Counted from the whole stretch's first letter, positions 11,252 to 24,413 are shown. The stretch is DNA of 63,445 nt, filler included, from Rhabdomonas costata (GCA_019059605.1; 56 parts of 56 records of this genome joined end to end with filler, not necessarily neighbours in it); one strand, 5' to 3'. A program made the numbers and translations. Notes: a model not told the origin generated them from the sequence alone.

Positions 11252-12989
11252 NNNNNNNNNNNNNNNNNNNNNNNNNNNNNNNNNNNNNNNNNNNNTTAAT
11301 TAATTAANNNNNNNNNNNNNNNNNNNNNNNNNNNNNNNNNNNNNNNNNNNNGTTTTTGTGGTTGCCTTCCAGTGCACCCTCGCGACTCGTCCTTGGAAGA
11401 TTGCATCTGTCTTGCGCCTTTCTTCCCGCAGTAGAGGGTGAAAACGGTACAGACAGAGGTGTACACACAGCTTGTTCATGTCGGTTTTCGGAGGCAGCAC
11501 ATCATCGGTCTTTGGCTCTTCCATGGCCATTGGAGGGACCAACTAGCACACAGGCACAAGGGGACAAAGACAAAAGGGCAACGGGGAAGTCCGTCCCACT
11601 AGCTGCTGCACTGCGAAAGGGGGCAGCGGGGAAGGAAGGGGAAGAGTCACAAGCCGAAACACTTCATGTACCATCGCGTCGCCATTATTTGCCGGTGTCT
11701 CATATTCCTTCGCAAATGACTTCGCAGAACCAACTTCTGATATTTAGGGGAGCAAAACATGATAGCAATTTTCACCCAGGAAGGTTTTGGAGGTCGGGAC
11801 TGTTGAGAAAAAAAAACTTCCCAAAATTCCTGCTCCAATGGAAGGGTCCAGGGTGCTTCTGCTCGAAGAGCAAATTGAAAACCACTGCGAAATCAGGGCT
11901 AAGATTCCGCCCAGGGTCTGGCATGAAACACTAGCAAAAAAATATTCACATGAGAATGAAGCAAACTGACTTACAAAAGAGCAAGGGAGGTAGGGGAGCC
12001 AAAAGAGAAGGAAAGAGAGAGAGTTGGACGAAAAAGAGATGATAAGCAAAATGCAAATAAGTGAATTTGGGGGGCGAGAAGGTGCAAAAAAAAAAGCACA
12101 GGAATCAGCCGAGCGCGAGAAGAAGAGGAAAGGTGAGAAGGGGCGCTCGAGAAGACGATGAAGGATGCCTTTATTGTCCAAAAAACAGTAAAAACGGCGG
12201 CACAGAGCGAAGGGCTAGGCCTGGCAACATGGCGATTCAGGACCAGACGGGGACAAATTATCTTGCTGCCACGCACAAAGAAAGCGAAAGAAAAAGAGGT
12301 GGCCTTCCTTCCGTTGCGGAATATAAAGCCTGGTGAAAGCGCCACGGTCACCACAACCGCAGCAACGCACAAAACCCGACACGATCNNNNNNNNNNNNNN
12401 NNNNNNNNNNNNNNNNNNNNNNNNNNNNNNTTAATTAATTAANNNNNNNNNNNNNNNNNNNNNNNNNNNNNNNNNNNNNNNNNNNNTTGGTGGCACCAGG
12501 GTAGTCAGGAAGAATTCTCGAAATCTGCCAGACATGTGAAACTCGGGAGAAAGGTGAGAATGCAACGTTCTTCCCACGGAACACTAGAACACACCCTGCG
12601 GATTTCTAATGCTGTCGGGTCGTGTGCTGGCTACCTCCTTCCACGTGACTTACCTCCATTGGCCTGGCTCTCTTCCTCGCCAAGGGTCTTCCACGCTGTC
12701 CATCTGCTGGCCTTCCATCTCTCACCTGGCCCTGCTCTGCTCGCCTTCTCGCCCAGCTGGTTGATGTATAGCCTGACCCATGGCCTGGACAGGACATTAC
12801 TGAGTGTAATCATTTTTTCGGTGAACGCTCATCCACCCGCATGGAAGCAGCCGTGGATGTAGCCCATTCAGGCTTCTTACAACACTTTCTCCCCTCTCTT
12901 TCGAAGCTTTCTTTTCAACTTTCTGCTGCGTAAATCGGAGACGCGTACATGGCCAATGCATGGGCCTGCCGCGTACCGCCACCACTCCC

Positions 12990-13521
12990 CGAAACCATGA
13001 CCTTGGAACCCGGTAGTGCTGGAGCCCAGTCGGACGATGCCCAATCCATGCCCCCCCACGGCATGACCGCGGAGATCAAGGGTCCAAAATCAGCGAAACG
13101 CTCCCGATCAGCTGCAAAGGCCGCTGGCGGTCACTGGCCCGCAGAGCTCGCACAATGGTTTGGAGCTGGCCGTCTGACACCACGGCGAAAGAAGGACGAG
13201 TGCATTCGGCCCACTGATGCGCTCGAGACGCTGCACTCGCTAGTGTCACACTTTGTGCTTCATCAAGCCGAGGGAGCAATTGCGGACGTTCTCCACGAGA
13301 ATTAGCTGGGCTTCACGCCGGGGTATAACGGAGCCTAGAAAGCGATCCACACGGTGCGCGAATGGGCCAAAAACATCCGGACCACTATGCTTTGCAAGGT
13401 GGATCTTCGCAACGCCTTCAACCAAGTCAGTCGCCAGGCCTGCTGCAAGCCCCTTGCAGACATCTACCCACTGTTGGAAGCCTGGTCCCGCTGGTCTCTC
13501 TCGGCCGCAGTGCCGATGGTC
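12990..13521 (+). mobile_element. Decayed CRE-clade (CRE/SLACS/CZAR-like) non-LTR retrotransposon RT, N-terminal half
   Basis: LEPGSAG; WFGAGRLTPRRKKDECIRP..ALETLHSLVS; EN*LG; AIHTVREW; LCKVDLRNAFNQVSR. Contains a stop and a frameshift. Confidence 0.85.
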
Positions 13522-14788
13522 NNNNNNNNNNNNNNNNNNNNNNNNNNNNNNNNNNNNNNNNNNNNTTAATTAATTAANNNNNNNNNNNNNNNNNNNNNNN
13601 NNNNNNNNNNNNNNNNNNNNNGGGGTGGTGGGATCGCTTTGCGGATAGACAAGCTTCTCATTTCTCGCCCAAGTGGGGGTGAGCGAGAGGGGGGCAAGGG
13701 TGCGGGAGAGGCTTACACAAACCAGTGCGGTTGTGGGGAGGGCCCAAGTAGAGGTCGGAGAAGAAGGCCCCAAAAGGGGTGCCGCACGGGGGCTGCCCCT
13801 CCGGCGTCCTTCCTGTTGCTGCTACCACCGGCGCATAAACCAGAAGCCGCACCCGAACCACAGCGCACCCTATGGTCAGGCAAAAAGAGGCAAAAAGATG
13901 GAAGCAAGCCCTTTCCCTTTGCAACCACTCCCGCTCCTGCACCTCACTGTCTGAAGCTATGAGAGCTGAACAAATTATACAGATCTACAAACAGGCACCA
14001 TGCACTTCTGCAAACGCTCTGGATTCCGCTCCTCCCCCTCCCAAAATATACATAAGAGAAGCGCTACGCCCTTCTATGACCTCGAAGCAGGTAAGGAAAG
14101 GATGGGCACAAGATGTTCAGCGCTTTGTGGGAGGGGGGTGTGCGATGGCACGCCCTGGGGAAGCCTCCACTGCTGCGAAAACTCTTCCCATCGTTGCGGG
14201 CACCGCTGCCCGCTGCTGCACTCCCACAGCCGTCGCGAGCCTGTGGGCAGAAAGAGACGGGTTTCGCTCCCGTGGACACTAATCACTTAATCTGTACACT
14301 TTCCATGTTTTCTCCCGCAACTTTCTGGCGCACTTTTCCGCACTTCTCAGCACAGATACTAAATTTAAGGAATCAGGGCAAAGCAGAAGGTCACTCTTCC
14401 GCGCAGGAGCCTCTGCTGCAGTTGCTGCAAGTGACATGCTCTCAGGATGCACAGACACACACCTCCCACAAGTCATGCTCGCTGACCTCTGAAGTTCTGA
14501 CATGGGCTCCAGCTGTAATTAGGAGACTCAATCCCTTCAACCGCTTTTAGGACTCAGAGAGAGAGGACCACCGGAAGAATCAGTGAATCCCCCGCCGCGC
14601 TCAAAAAGGCACATCCCGATCAGCATAAGCCCTGCACGAACTCATAACCACACAACNNNNNNNNNNNNNNNNNNNNNNNNNNNNNNNNNNNNNNNNNNNN
14701 TTAATTAATTAANNNNNNNNNNNNNNNNNNNNNNNNNNNNNNNNNNNNNNNNNNNNGGTTGGGGTGCCCGGACCGCCCCCCAGCGCAG

Positions 14789-15016
14789 CTCCTGCCGGAC
14801 CAGGACTGGGCCAGTGTGGAGCAGCAGGGCTTCCCCACTGCATTCCGGACCTTGCTGAGCGGGTTCTGCCCTGCGCTGGGGCCGCCCTCCAGCAAGAAGG
14901 TCGCGGAGCTGAGGCAGTCCACGGCGCAGACGCAGTTGCAGCAGCAGGCGGAGGAGCTGCGGCAGATCCTACAGAGAGGGGAGCAGCAGGGGCGCCTGCT
15001 GCAGGAGGACCGGGAG
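14789..15016 (+). CDS. Exon of an unknown coiled-coil protein
   Basis: CAG acceptor, GTGAAC donor, coding-like codon use and a Gln/Glu-rich heptad stretch (ELRQSTAQTQLQQQAEELRQIL). Confidence 0.6.
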
Positions 15017-15335
15017 GTGAACAAATCTCTTTCTTTCTCTTTCTTCCTTTCAGAAAGGGGTAATCGTTTAAGAGGGGGTATTAGGCGGAGGGAGTGATCA
15101 TTACCAGTGGTACCAAATTATTTTATTGTATGATTTAAATAAGGCTGCGGGGTAAGTTTGAGGGGCTCCGAAGATTGCTGGGGTTAAGGTTACTATGGTA
15201 ATAACTTACTCCTTTGGAGGGACTCGGATGTCACCGTACCCATCGAGTGCTCCTGCACACTCGGTTAACTTGACCCACTTGGCCCAATGGAAGTTGGGAG
15301 GGGTAAAACAGGAAAAGTGACATATTTTTAATGCA

Positions 15336-15574
15336 AAATTTCGGCTAAGTGAAAAAATTTCCCCAAAGGAAAAAATTTCCCCCAAGTCCCACGTGGAGGC
15401 GAAACAGGAGTCCCCTGGGACTCCAATAGAAGATTTTGCAGGGGTTAGGTGGCGATGCAGGTGTCCCCTGGATCTCCTATATGCTGAATCTTCTGTGATG
15501 TGTTGGAGCCTTCTTCGTCAGTGGTTGGGGAAATTTTTTCCCTTGGGGGAAAGTTTTTCACTTGCCCAAAATTT
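15336..15574. mobile_element. MITE-like element with imperfect inverted repeats of about 50 bp, in intronic sequence
   Basis: 15336-15385 (aaatttcggctaagtgaaaaaatttccccaaaggaaaaaatttcccccaa) is an imperfect reverse complement of 15525-15574. Confidence 0.6.
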
Positions 15575-16315
15575 CAACTTCAAAGGATCAGGTAACTTGT
15601 TCTAGTACCCTCAAAATGAAGTAAACTTTTTTGATTGCTCTCAACATTCGCGCCGTTGTTACTGACACGCCGGACGTAATAGATTAGGGGCAAAGGCCAC
15701 CGACGCGAAGCAGGCGGGAACGTGACACGAGAGGCCCTCACCGGTTTTCCTTTCTTATACTAATTGCTTGCGGGCTTGCGGGGTGCGCCGTCNNNNNNNN
15801 NNNNNNNNNNNNNNNNNNNNNNNNNNNNNNNNNNNNTTAATTAATTAANNNNNNNNNNNNNNNNNNNNNNNNNNNNNNNNNNNNNNNNNNNNGTTTGTGT
15901 GTCCCTGCTCGCTGAGTTGGACGGGAACTGAATTCAAGGAGCAGCCGTGGTACGTAAGGGCGTGTGCATGTTTTGAATGGTATGTACGAGGAACACCCAA
16001 TTATCTGCATCGCCGTGGGTGTGGTAGATGACACAACGCACCCGTCCGTTCGCTGTGCTTCATTTCATTTCGTGATCACTTCCTTTATACGTTTTCCCTC
16101 TGGTTGTATCCTGGGTCAACACCTGGGCTTAGGTCTTTGTATGTTGTGTGCTTGGGCGAGGAAGAGTGATGTGATTAAAGCTCGGGGGCAGATTGATGAC
16201 AGATTTGGGACCCATCTGCCTGGTTGGAGCTGAACGTGGCACAGAGATAGATAAATTCGCCTCTCTCTCTCTCCCCTCCTTGACCCTACCTCTCCACCCA
16301 CCCACCCGTCTGCAG

Positions 16316-16796
16316 GTACTTCTGCTACACGTGCTTCGACGAGAGCCATGGGTGCTGCTCCGCTTGCGCGTCGTGGTGCCACCTGGGCCACGTATGCTGA
16401 CGTTCCCTCGCCCATTCGTAGTTTGTGCAGCCCGCCACATGCCCTGTTGGGTTGCTTCGCGTTGCATATTATTTCTTTCCCCACTACCTTTTGGTTCTGT
16501 CATCTGAGTAGACTCACGTTCGTTTTTCATTAAGCATGATAAGGTTTTTTTGCTTCTGCTGCTCTCTGAACGTTTCGATGCTGGGATTGCGGTCATGGTG
16601 GTGGCCACCTGTGCCACGTGGACCTTTGTTCATTTGCCTTTTGCGGTTATGCAGGATGTGGCCTACGCTGGGGACATTCCGTCGTTCTGCGACTGCGGGC
16701 TGGATAACTACCGGGAGGCCCACACCAAGCCCGCCCCCAAGCCCGCTGCAGCTCCCACGCAGACCGAGGAAACCGAGATGGTTACGGAACCTGCAG
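16316..16796 (+). CDS. UBR-type zinc finger protein, two exons (16316-16391, 16655-16796)
   Basis: YFCYTCFDESHGCCSACASWCHLGH|DVAYAGDIPSFCDCG fits the UBR-box Cys/His pattern across a GT-AG phase-0 intron. Confidence 0.9.
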
Positions 16797-17410
16797 GTGC
16801 AAACCCTCCAAGTTTGGAGAATCTAAAAAAATAGATCTTTTCGGTTCAAAACGAACAAGAAGAGCTGCAAGGCGAAAAAAAAAGCGAGCGAGAAATTGCC
16901 GCCCCAGACAAAACCAACCCCAACAANNNNNNNNNNNNNNNNNNNNNNNNNNNNNNNNNNNNNNNNNNNNTTAATTAATTAANNNNNNNNNNNNNNNNNN
17001 NNNNNNNNNNNNNNNNNNNNNNNNNNGTTTTGGGGTTGTTTTGCGACGCTTTTTTTAAATGCCGTATCTTTTTTGAAAACAAAACTCTGAAAAGTCGAAA
17101 ACTTCGGTAACAAAAGCGAACATCGCATTTTGCGATGCGCCTGCTTCAACAGCACGTTTCCCTCGTACTGCTATAAAGAGTTCAAGATATATGTCATATC
17201 CTTGCTGTAACATTTTTAAGGGTGTTCTAGATCTCCTCTCCTTTTGTGTATCTCCGCCACAGGCTGCTGAGTACCACATGTAAGCCCCACGTTCTTGGAG
17301 TATCTTTTTCTGCTCCACGTGTTCGCCACAAATTTTGAAATCATCCATCAACGCTCTGATGGCTTCTTTGGCCTCTTTCGAGTCTTGACCTCTTTTTATT
17401 GCTTCATAAG

Positions 17411-18061
17411 CCTCCTCTGTCGCCGCGATGACGTGCTCGCTGCCATCGTCCCTGCCCACGGGCTACTCCTACAGCGGCAGTGGGTGTGGCCCGGGGTACA
17501 TCAGTGCCTCGAGCTGCACCGGTCTGTCCTGCCTCTCGGGCTATTCCGGCACCGCTTCTCTGAGCTGCGGGTCCAACTATGGAACCTTCATCCTCTCGGG
17601 GTGCTTGGGTGTGCGTTTTTAGAGAGAGAGAGAGAGATGGTTGCGTGTCCCTGTGATATCCTCTCTAAGTCTCGAGGTGGGTAGTCGTTATACCAGACCT
17701 CAGTGAGCATGTCCAGCTACCAGTGCACGGGCACGCTGGACTTCTCGTACTTCTCCTCCGCCACCTACATCACGATCTCCTCTGCAACCTTCGGAAGCAC
17801 TCTAACCATCGTAAACCTTCCCAGCTCCCTGACAACGCTGCAGCTCTCCAGCTCCACGTTTGGCTCCAGCCTCACCATCAGCTCCCTGCCCAGCTCCCTC
17901 CAGAGCTTCACCTTCTCTGGCAATACAATCCAAGGGTCGCTTAGCTTGAGCCTTCCCAGCTCCCTGACTTCCCTTGATCTTTCTGGCTGCACCATTTCCG
18001 GGAATCTGCGCCTCACGAACTTGCCCACCTCGACAGTGGTCTCCTCAATGAACCCCAACCC
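17411..18061 (+). CDS. Surface protein: six-Cys module exon (17411-17608/17610) followed by an LRR exon (from 17697 or 17704)
   Basis: TCSLPSSLPTGYSYSGSGC...FILSGC, then repeats LPSSLTTLQLSSSTFGSSL, LPSSLQSFTFSGNTIQGSL and LPSSLTSLDLSGCTISGNL. Two alternative GT-AG pairs both keep the frame. Confidence 0.85.
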
Positions 18062-21000
18062 NNNNNNNNNNNNNNNNNNNNNNNNNNNNNNNNNNNNNNN
18101 NNNNNTTAATTAATTAANNNNNNNNNNNNNNNNNNNNNNNNNNNNNNNNNNNNNNNNNNNNGGTGTGGTTGTACACACCGAGGGTTGTATGCCCGTGCCC
18201 CCAAGATGGCATTTTTTGGGTTAAAACTTTTGACTCAAAACGATTCACGTCCTCAACCCCTTATCACTTTTTTGGCAGCTAAGAAAATGGGATGACCAAC
18301 AAGCAAACCGGTCTCCTGCTCAAGGCGCTCCAAGCGTGGCTTGCGCTTTCCTCCGGAGGAGCTGTGCGGGCGGGGATCACGGTCCAAAGGGGCTCGGCGC
18401 TGCAGCAGCCACTCCATAGCAGGAGAGGTACTGGAGGATGGAAACAAGCGCACGTGGGTACCCAGCTGGGCGGTCACGGGTATCAAGAACTAGAACTTCA
18501 TTGTTTTCGGAATCAGACATCGTTTTTTGCCTGCATGTGCGGGGTGCAATTCTTGAGAGAGGTGCCTCGTTTGTTTCGATGGCGGTACAAACTTCGATCA
18601 ATTTAAGAGCATACGAATGCTTCGTGGCGTTGTCCCAGTCGATGATCCATCTAGTACGGGCATCGACATGCTTTGTTTTTTTTGTTCTTTTTTCGCCTAA
18701 ATCTATGGACCCAAGTGGGTCGCTGCTTCCCATCGCTCGTTTCTGTCCAAATCTCATATTTGCACACATCACAGCACACCTTAATTTGCAGTGGTTGGAG
18801 TAGGAAGCAGACTGCTCTGGAAGCCCCATTTACTCTGGCTGCCTCTGGCTACCCTTACGGAGCAAAATCCGAGGTACTTTCGTTTCATGGTGATGCATGT
18901 CCGGTTCTTCTGGCTTCCCCCGAGCAGCTTTGCTCGAGTTAAAACGCACAAAGGTACACAAACCTGCGTGGGAAACAGCGGATACAAGTGCGCTTGATTC
19001 AGGAGCGGGCTTAATAAGGGGTCTATATTGGTGCTGCATCGACTGCACCGGCGTGACCACAAAAAAAGGGGACAACCTAAACGCCTTGTTGCCCGGGAAC
19101 AGCAGCTGCGCCGAGGGGGGCCGTCGGCGCCTCCTCTGCTCCGCTGCCACCGAAGCAGCCAGCGAGGCCGCGACGGCGGGCTGCACCACCCACAAANNNN
19201 NNNNNNNNNNNNNNNNNNNNNNNNNNNNNNNNNNNNNNNNTTAATTAATTAANNNNNNNNNNNNNNNNNNNNNNNNNNNNNNNNNNNNNNNNNNNNGGTT
19301 GTATGTTTTCGAAAGGCAGTTTTGGGGGGGAAGGGATTGTTCAGTTGTAAAGGTTTTGGGGGATTGTTGGGTTCGCACGAAATGTCATTGGTCCGCACCA
19401 TAAGAGTTGGGGGGTTCCCCTCACCATCCAATTCTGCGAGTTACCACTTTACCATAGCGTGGACAAGTTACCATAATTACGGCTCGCCGCCTTTGTAAGT
19501 CCGTTCCGCTTTCTTAGACAGAGCTGCCAAGAGCCTAAAATTCAACGACGACTATGGGTCCCCTGGTGGGATGCAAGTGTGTCTGAGCAGCAGCCTTGAT
19601 ACATTTGTTCCACTTCAGGCTCCATTTGATAATGCCAACTCTTCTGTCGAGCCCACCTCCTGTTCCCATGCAAAAACAGAATTCCTCTACGCGGGAACAG
19701 CGCGCTTCTCTCCACACTTGTGGCTTTAAACCCGAGCCCGCAGCGAAGACGGTGCAGGTGCAAGACAGCACCGAACCGCTAAAGGGTGAAAAAAAAATAC
19801 CCAGCTTGAAAAGGTTGAGGAGAGAGTGAGAGATGATACCGCTAGAAAGCCTTGTGCCGGCGGGTCCAAGGGAGCAACGCCACTCGTGCAGGCAGACACA
19901 CAGGCATCCACGCCCCCCAAAAGGGGAGGGTCCATGCAATAAAAAAGCCACCAAAGAGGGGTGGTAGGATGGGCTCCCGCAGACGTGAAGTCCGCGAGGT
20001 TATAAACGGGAAAATCTCAACAAAGGAGCATGAGGGAAACAGCAAGATCTCCAAACATAACCGGTATTCGGGAGATTTATAAGTCCGCGGAGTCGCGGTG
20101 CAAGTCCCTGACTGTGCAGCGTAAACAATCTAAACAATCTAAACACACACACATACACACCCACCCACCGTGCTGCAAAATGTAGGATCAATGAAAGCGA
20201 GAGAGATGAAGAGGGCAAAACCACTAAGAACGTACACTCTCTGCGGGGGCACGCCAAGCGAGGCCTTCTCTCCACCCCTCCCTCATTAGTTACCGACCCA
20301 AGACACACAACCCAACACACCCCACCACCACNNNNNNNNNNNNNNNNNNNNNNNNNNNNNNNNNNNNNNNNNNNNTTAATTAATTAANNNNNNNNNNNNN
20401 NNNNNNNNNNNNNNNNNNNNNNNNNNNNNNNAGCACTTTCTTTTTCTGAGGGGATTGCTCTTTCGCCTCACCTGAAGCGAAACAAAGAGCAAAAGGGGTC
20501 GTCTTCAGTAGAAAGTAGAAACGAAAGCTCAGATCACAAGCAACAAGTAGCAACGTCACGTGCGGCCAGTTTCTGTCCCCACTCCACACACTAGAACTAC
20601 TCCGCTCGTTACGTGCCTACCTCAGCCGCTCGCTGTGGAAGTTCTGGGCATGCGGATATAGACCAAGATGCGGCAGATAGGCTTAGTAGTGAGTACTGTG
20701 TTGCAGGCCCGGTAGAGGAGACATGATTGGGCATTGGAGGTGAGTGGAAGTGTTGCGTGATTGTGAGCGTTTGGTGGCCTTTTCGTCATGCAACTATGGC
20801 ACGGAAACTGTGACACCGATATTTTCGGTCAGCAACAAATTGACCCATGCTGCAACTATGCCACAACAGGGCCATCTCATCGGGTCTGCGAACAGTTTGT
20901 CTTGCAAAACGATGGTTGCTTGTTTAGCGCGGACATGGACTAAGTTGGAAAATATCGCTTCAAGATGGGAAAAAAGTCACATATCACGGAAGAACTCCAC

Positions 21001-21095
21001 AAGTTCTTCAGGTCACGAACGTACCGGTCCATTGTGAAGTGGATGCAACCACAAATTCCTCGTGCACGTTTTTGGTCTTCATGTGGATTTCGCAG

Positions 21096-21275
21096 CGCTG
21101 ACATGCACCCTGCCCTCCTCGCTGCCCTCGGGGTACACCTACAGCGGCAGTGGCTGCAGTGGGTACGTGACCGCCGCGAGCTGCGGTGGGCTGTCGTGCG
21201 CCTCGGGTTACACTGGCAGTGTGAGTCTGAGCTGTGGCTCTCCTTCCGGGACATTTTCGTTCTCAGGCTGCTCCG
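21096..21275 (+). CDS. Second copy of the six-Cys module as a stand-alone exon
   Basis: CAG|(A)LTCTLPSSLPSGYTYSGSGCSGYVTAASCGGLSCASGYTGSVSLSCGSPSGTFSFSGCS|GT is a clear paralogue of 17411-17608. Confidence 0.85.
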
Positions 21276-24266
21276 GTGTGTTAGGATCTGTGGAGCATGA
21301 TGTTGCATACGACGTGTCGAGACGAATTATTTTTGATTTAAGAAGAATATTGGACGGAGATCTGGTCAAGTTGAGAAGCAGAGGACAAGAAAAGGTGGGG
21401 GTGGTAAGGCTCACCCCCGGACAAAAAAGGCTGACACGTCGTATGCAACATCATGCCCCACAACCCNNNNNNNNNNNNNNNNNNNNNNNNNNNNNNNNNN
21501 NNNNNNNNNNTTAATTAATTAANNNNNNNNNNNNNNNNNNNNNNNNNNNNNNNNNNNNNNNNNNNNGTGTTGGGTGTGGTTGGGGTGTGTGTGATCAACC
21601 ACTGAGGGTGCGTGTTCGCATGTGCGGCCACGTCCCTTTCCAGGTAAAGGGTTCCAGCAAGTTCAGAGGTAAAGAGCACACAGAAAGTGAAGGGTCAGTA
21701 ATTGCGCCAGTAATGCAGCAATGCCTTCGGCAATGAGGATGAGGCACCAGTCGCCGTTGAGCGTTCATTTGCTCGTCTCGCGCGCGCGAGACTCTGCAGG
21801 GTCGTTTCCGAGTGGGAGAACAATTGCGAGAAAACACACAAAAATCGGGAACGGCGCTCGCCAATTATGCAGAATCATTTGCAGGGGTTTAAGGCGGTGT
21901 ATGTGTCCCACGGGATATTTGGGGGAGCTTTCCGCGTAGTGCAGCAGGGCGGCCGTCGTCATCCAAAAATACATTCCGTTCTTAAGAGGACCATTTGCAC
22001 TGAGGGGTCGGATTGGGAGTTGCAAAGAACATAAACAAAGGCACAGAACTGAGACCTCCATCAATGCATTGAGAACGATGGTTAAGTCCAGCTTGCCTGC
22101 TTGATACTCGGAAAACCACAGCAGAGCCTGATCTGTGAACTTCTGGTGGACTCCGAGATGCTTGTTGTAGCCAGGGTACTCAATCGTTTGCATCAGCTGA
22201 GCGCAAATCCAGCGAGTCCGGTCACAGAACCGCGGCACAAGAGTCAGAATTGTGCGAGCGTCATTAGAGCAAATGAAGGAGAAGAAGAAAACGTGATCAC
22301 AGGGACAGACGGGACGGACACTACACCTAAACGGCTTGACCACGATCGGCCGTGCTCTCGGTCATAATATAGCACTTGCGTGCCAATGGAAAGCATCTCC
22401 AAAAGAAGCAGTTCTGGAAAAAGCGTCCTACGGCTCCTCAATAAAGGGGGCGCACGCCTCGTCATGACAGTTGTGTGCATCAAAAGACAGTCATGGCAAA
22501 AAAGGCAAAGGAGATGTATTGCAATGGAATGAAGTGGCAGCGCAACACAGTACCATTTGCTCGCACTCGAAGTGGTCTACACAATAGTCCACCAACCCCC
22601 CNNNNNNNNNNNNNNNNNNNNNNNNNNNNNNNNNNNNNNNNNNNNTTAATTAATTAANNNNNNNNNNNNNNNNNNNNNNNNNNNNNNNNNNNNNNNNNNN
22701 NTTTTTGTTGGATTTTTGGTTCTAAGCATCCAGGCGGGATCGATGGGGCAACCCGATTCACCTTCTTGCTGGGAATTGGGAGTGCTGTCCGTTGCGTTGT
22801 TTCTTCCCAGTTCGGAAGGCGAGCCTCTGCCCCCCTTCTGCGCTGACGAAATGGTCGCTGCCATCGTGGCGGAGGTGCGCGGTGGGCGCAAAGCCCTTTT
22901 CCCATCTGAACAGGTGGTGCTTGGGATGGTTGAGGATCCTCGTGAGTTGGTCAAGCTGTACTCCACGTGGCGTGGCCACGCTCGCAAGAAAAGGGCCAAG
23001 GGCCCTGAAGGAGCGCAATCGCCACCACTGAGCCCGCTTTCCGACTGAAGCGTCTCTGGAGTGCGGACACGCACTCGCCGTTCCTCGGTCCTGGAAAGGC
23101 GCGCACGTCGTGGCGTCACTTCCATCCGCACGCACACTTTTGATTGACTGCCCAACCAGTTCCACACAGCGCCGCTTCGGCAACATTGGGTTTTCAGAGG
23201 TTTGGTTTGATTCTATGGGCCCAACGAGCAGAACGAGCTAACGAATAGATGGAGCGCGGTTTGGAGCACCGCAGTGATGCTACTGCCTCCGCTGCAGCAC
23301 ACCAGCGGAAGCAAACATAGGAAGCGTGCACAGCAGTTTTCCCTCTTTTGTTCCGGCGGGCTGAGAGTGGGGTAGAGGAAACGAGAGCAGGGGGGTACCC
23401 TATTTATTCGCGTTACCCTGAAATGGTTTGTGCTCCTGGGTCACCTTGACGCTCCGTTCATATGTTCCATGTGCAAATATGGTGGTTACCTTTGTTTCCT
23501 GGCGTGTTGCATGAAATTGCATGAAACCGCATGTCCGAGTTTATGTGTGGCAACAATTCCAAGAGGCGGAGAACATGCGTCTGTCTTGTTCTGAACGATG
23601 GTTTCCTCTTTTCTCCTTGCCCTTTGGTGACCCCACCTCATCCGGAATCATCATCTTGCTGTGGAGCTTTTGCCTGGACCTTCACAGCTTCTGTTTTCGT
23701 CATACCGTTGCCAGCAGTTACTTTTGCCAACAAACCNNNNNNNNNNNNNNNNNNNNNNNNNNNNNNNNNNNNNNNNNNNNTTAATTAATTAANNNNNNNN
23801 NNNNNNNNNNNNNNNNNNNNNNNNNNNNNNNNNNNNTTGTGGGGGTGGGGTGGGGTGCGTTTGACGCCATTGAGGCACAACCACTGCTATGCGTGTAACA
23901 AAAAATTACCGCAGACCAATACCGCATCTACATGTCATTCTTTGATGGTTGCGGGATGTTCTTTGATAGATTCGGGATTGATCCGAGCCATATCCAGTGG
24001 ACTTCATCGCGGGGTGGGGAGGGCACATGCTCTCAGCAAAAGCCACAACCTTGGACGGAAACCCACGCGGACAGACAGAGAGAGAGAGAGAGAGACGGCT
24101 GGCGGGCAAACCGCTTGCGAACACGGAAAAGCGGTCGACCCACACTACGCTGGAGTGGTACGCCGTTTCCAAGAGAACAATGTGGAGAGATGGGCCGCAT
24201 AGATACATCTCTATGGCAGTTGGGGAACACGAGCTCACCAAACACACACACACACACAGGCCACAC

Positions 24267-24413
24267 CTCTAGGGCAGTCTCGAGCTTGTCCGTGGTGGAG
24301 GTGGCGAGGCAGGAGCAGAACTGCCGGAAGTCCACCTCGGCTGCACCAGCGTGGTCGAACCCCGCCAGCACCGACCGCAGCACCTTGCTCTGCGCGGAGG
24401 GAATCATTGCCTC
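24267..24413 (-). CDS. EF-hand-like exon (calcineurin-B/NCS-like, degenerate loop)
   Basis: FDHAGAAEVDFRQFCSCL..STTDKLETA, bounded by a pyrimidine tract plus CAG and a GTGTGG donor. Confidence 0.6.

Noticed and set aside
17055-17459. 134-aa antisense ORF overlapping the Cys-module exon
   Set aside because: No recognisable motif or host-like codon bias; it may be a chance or decayed frame.
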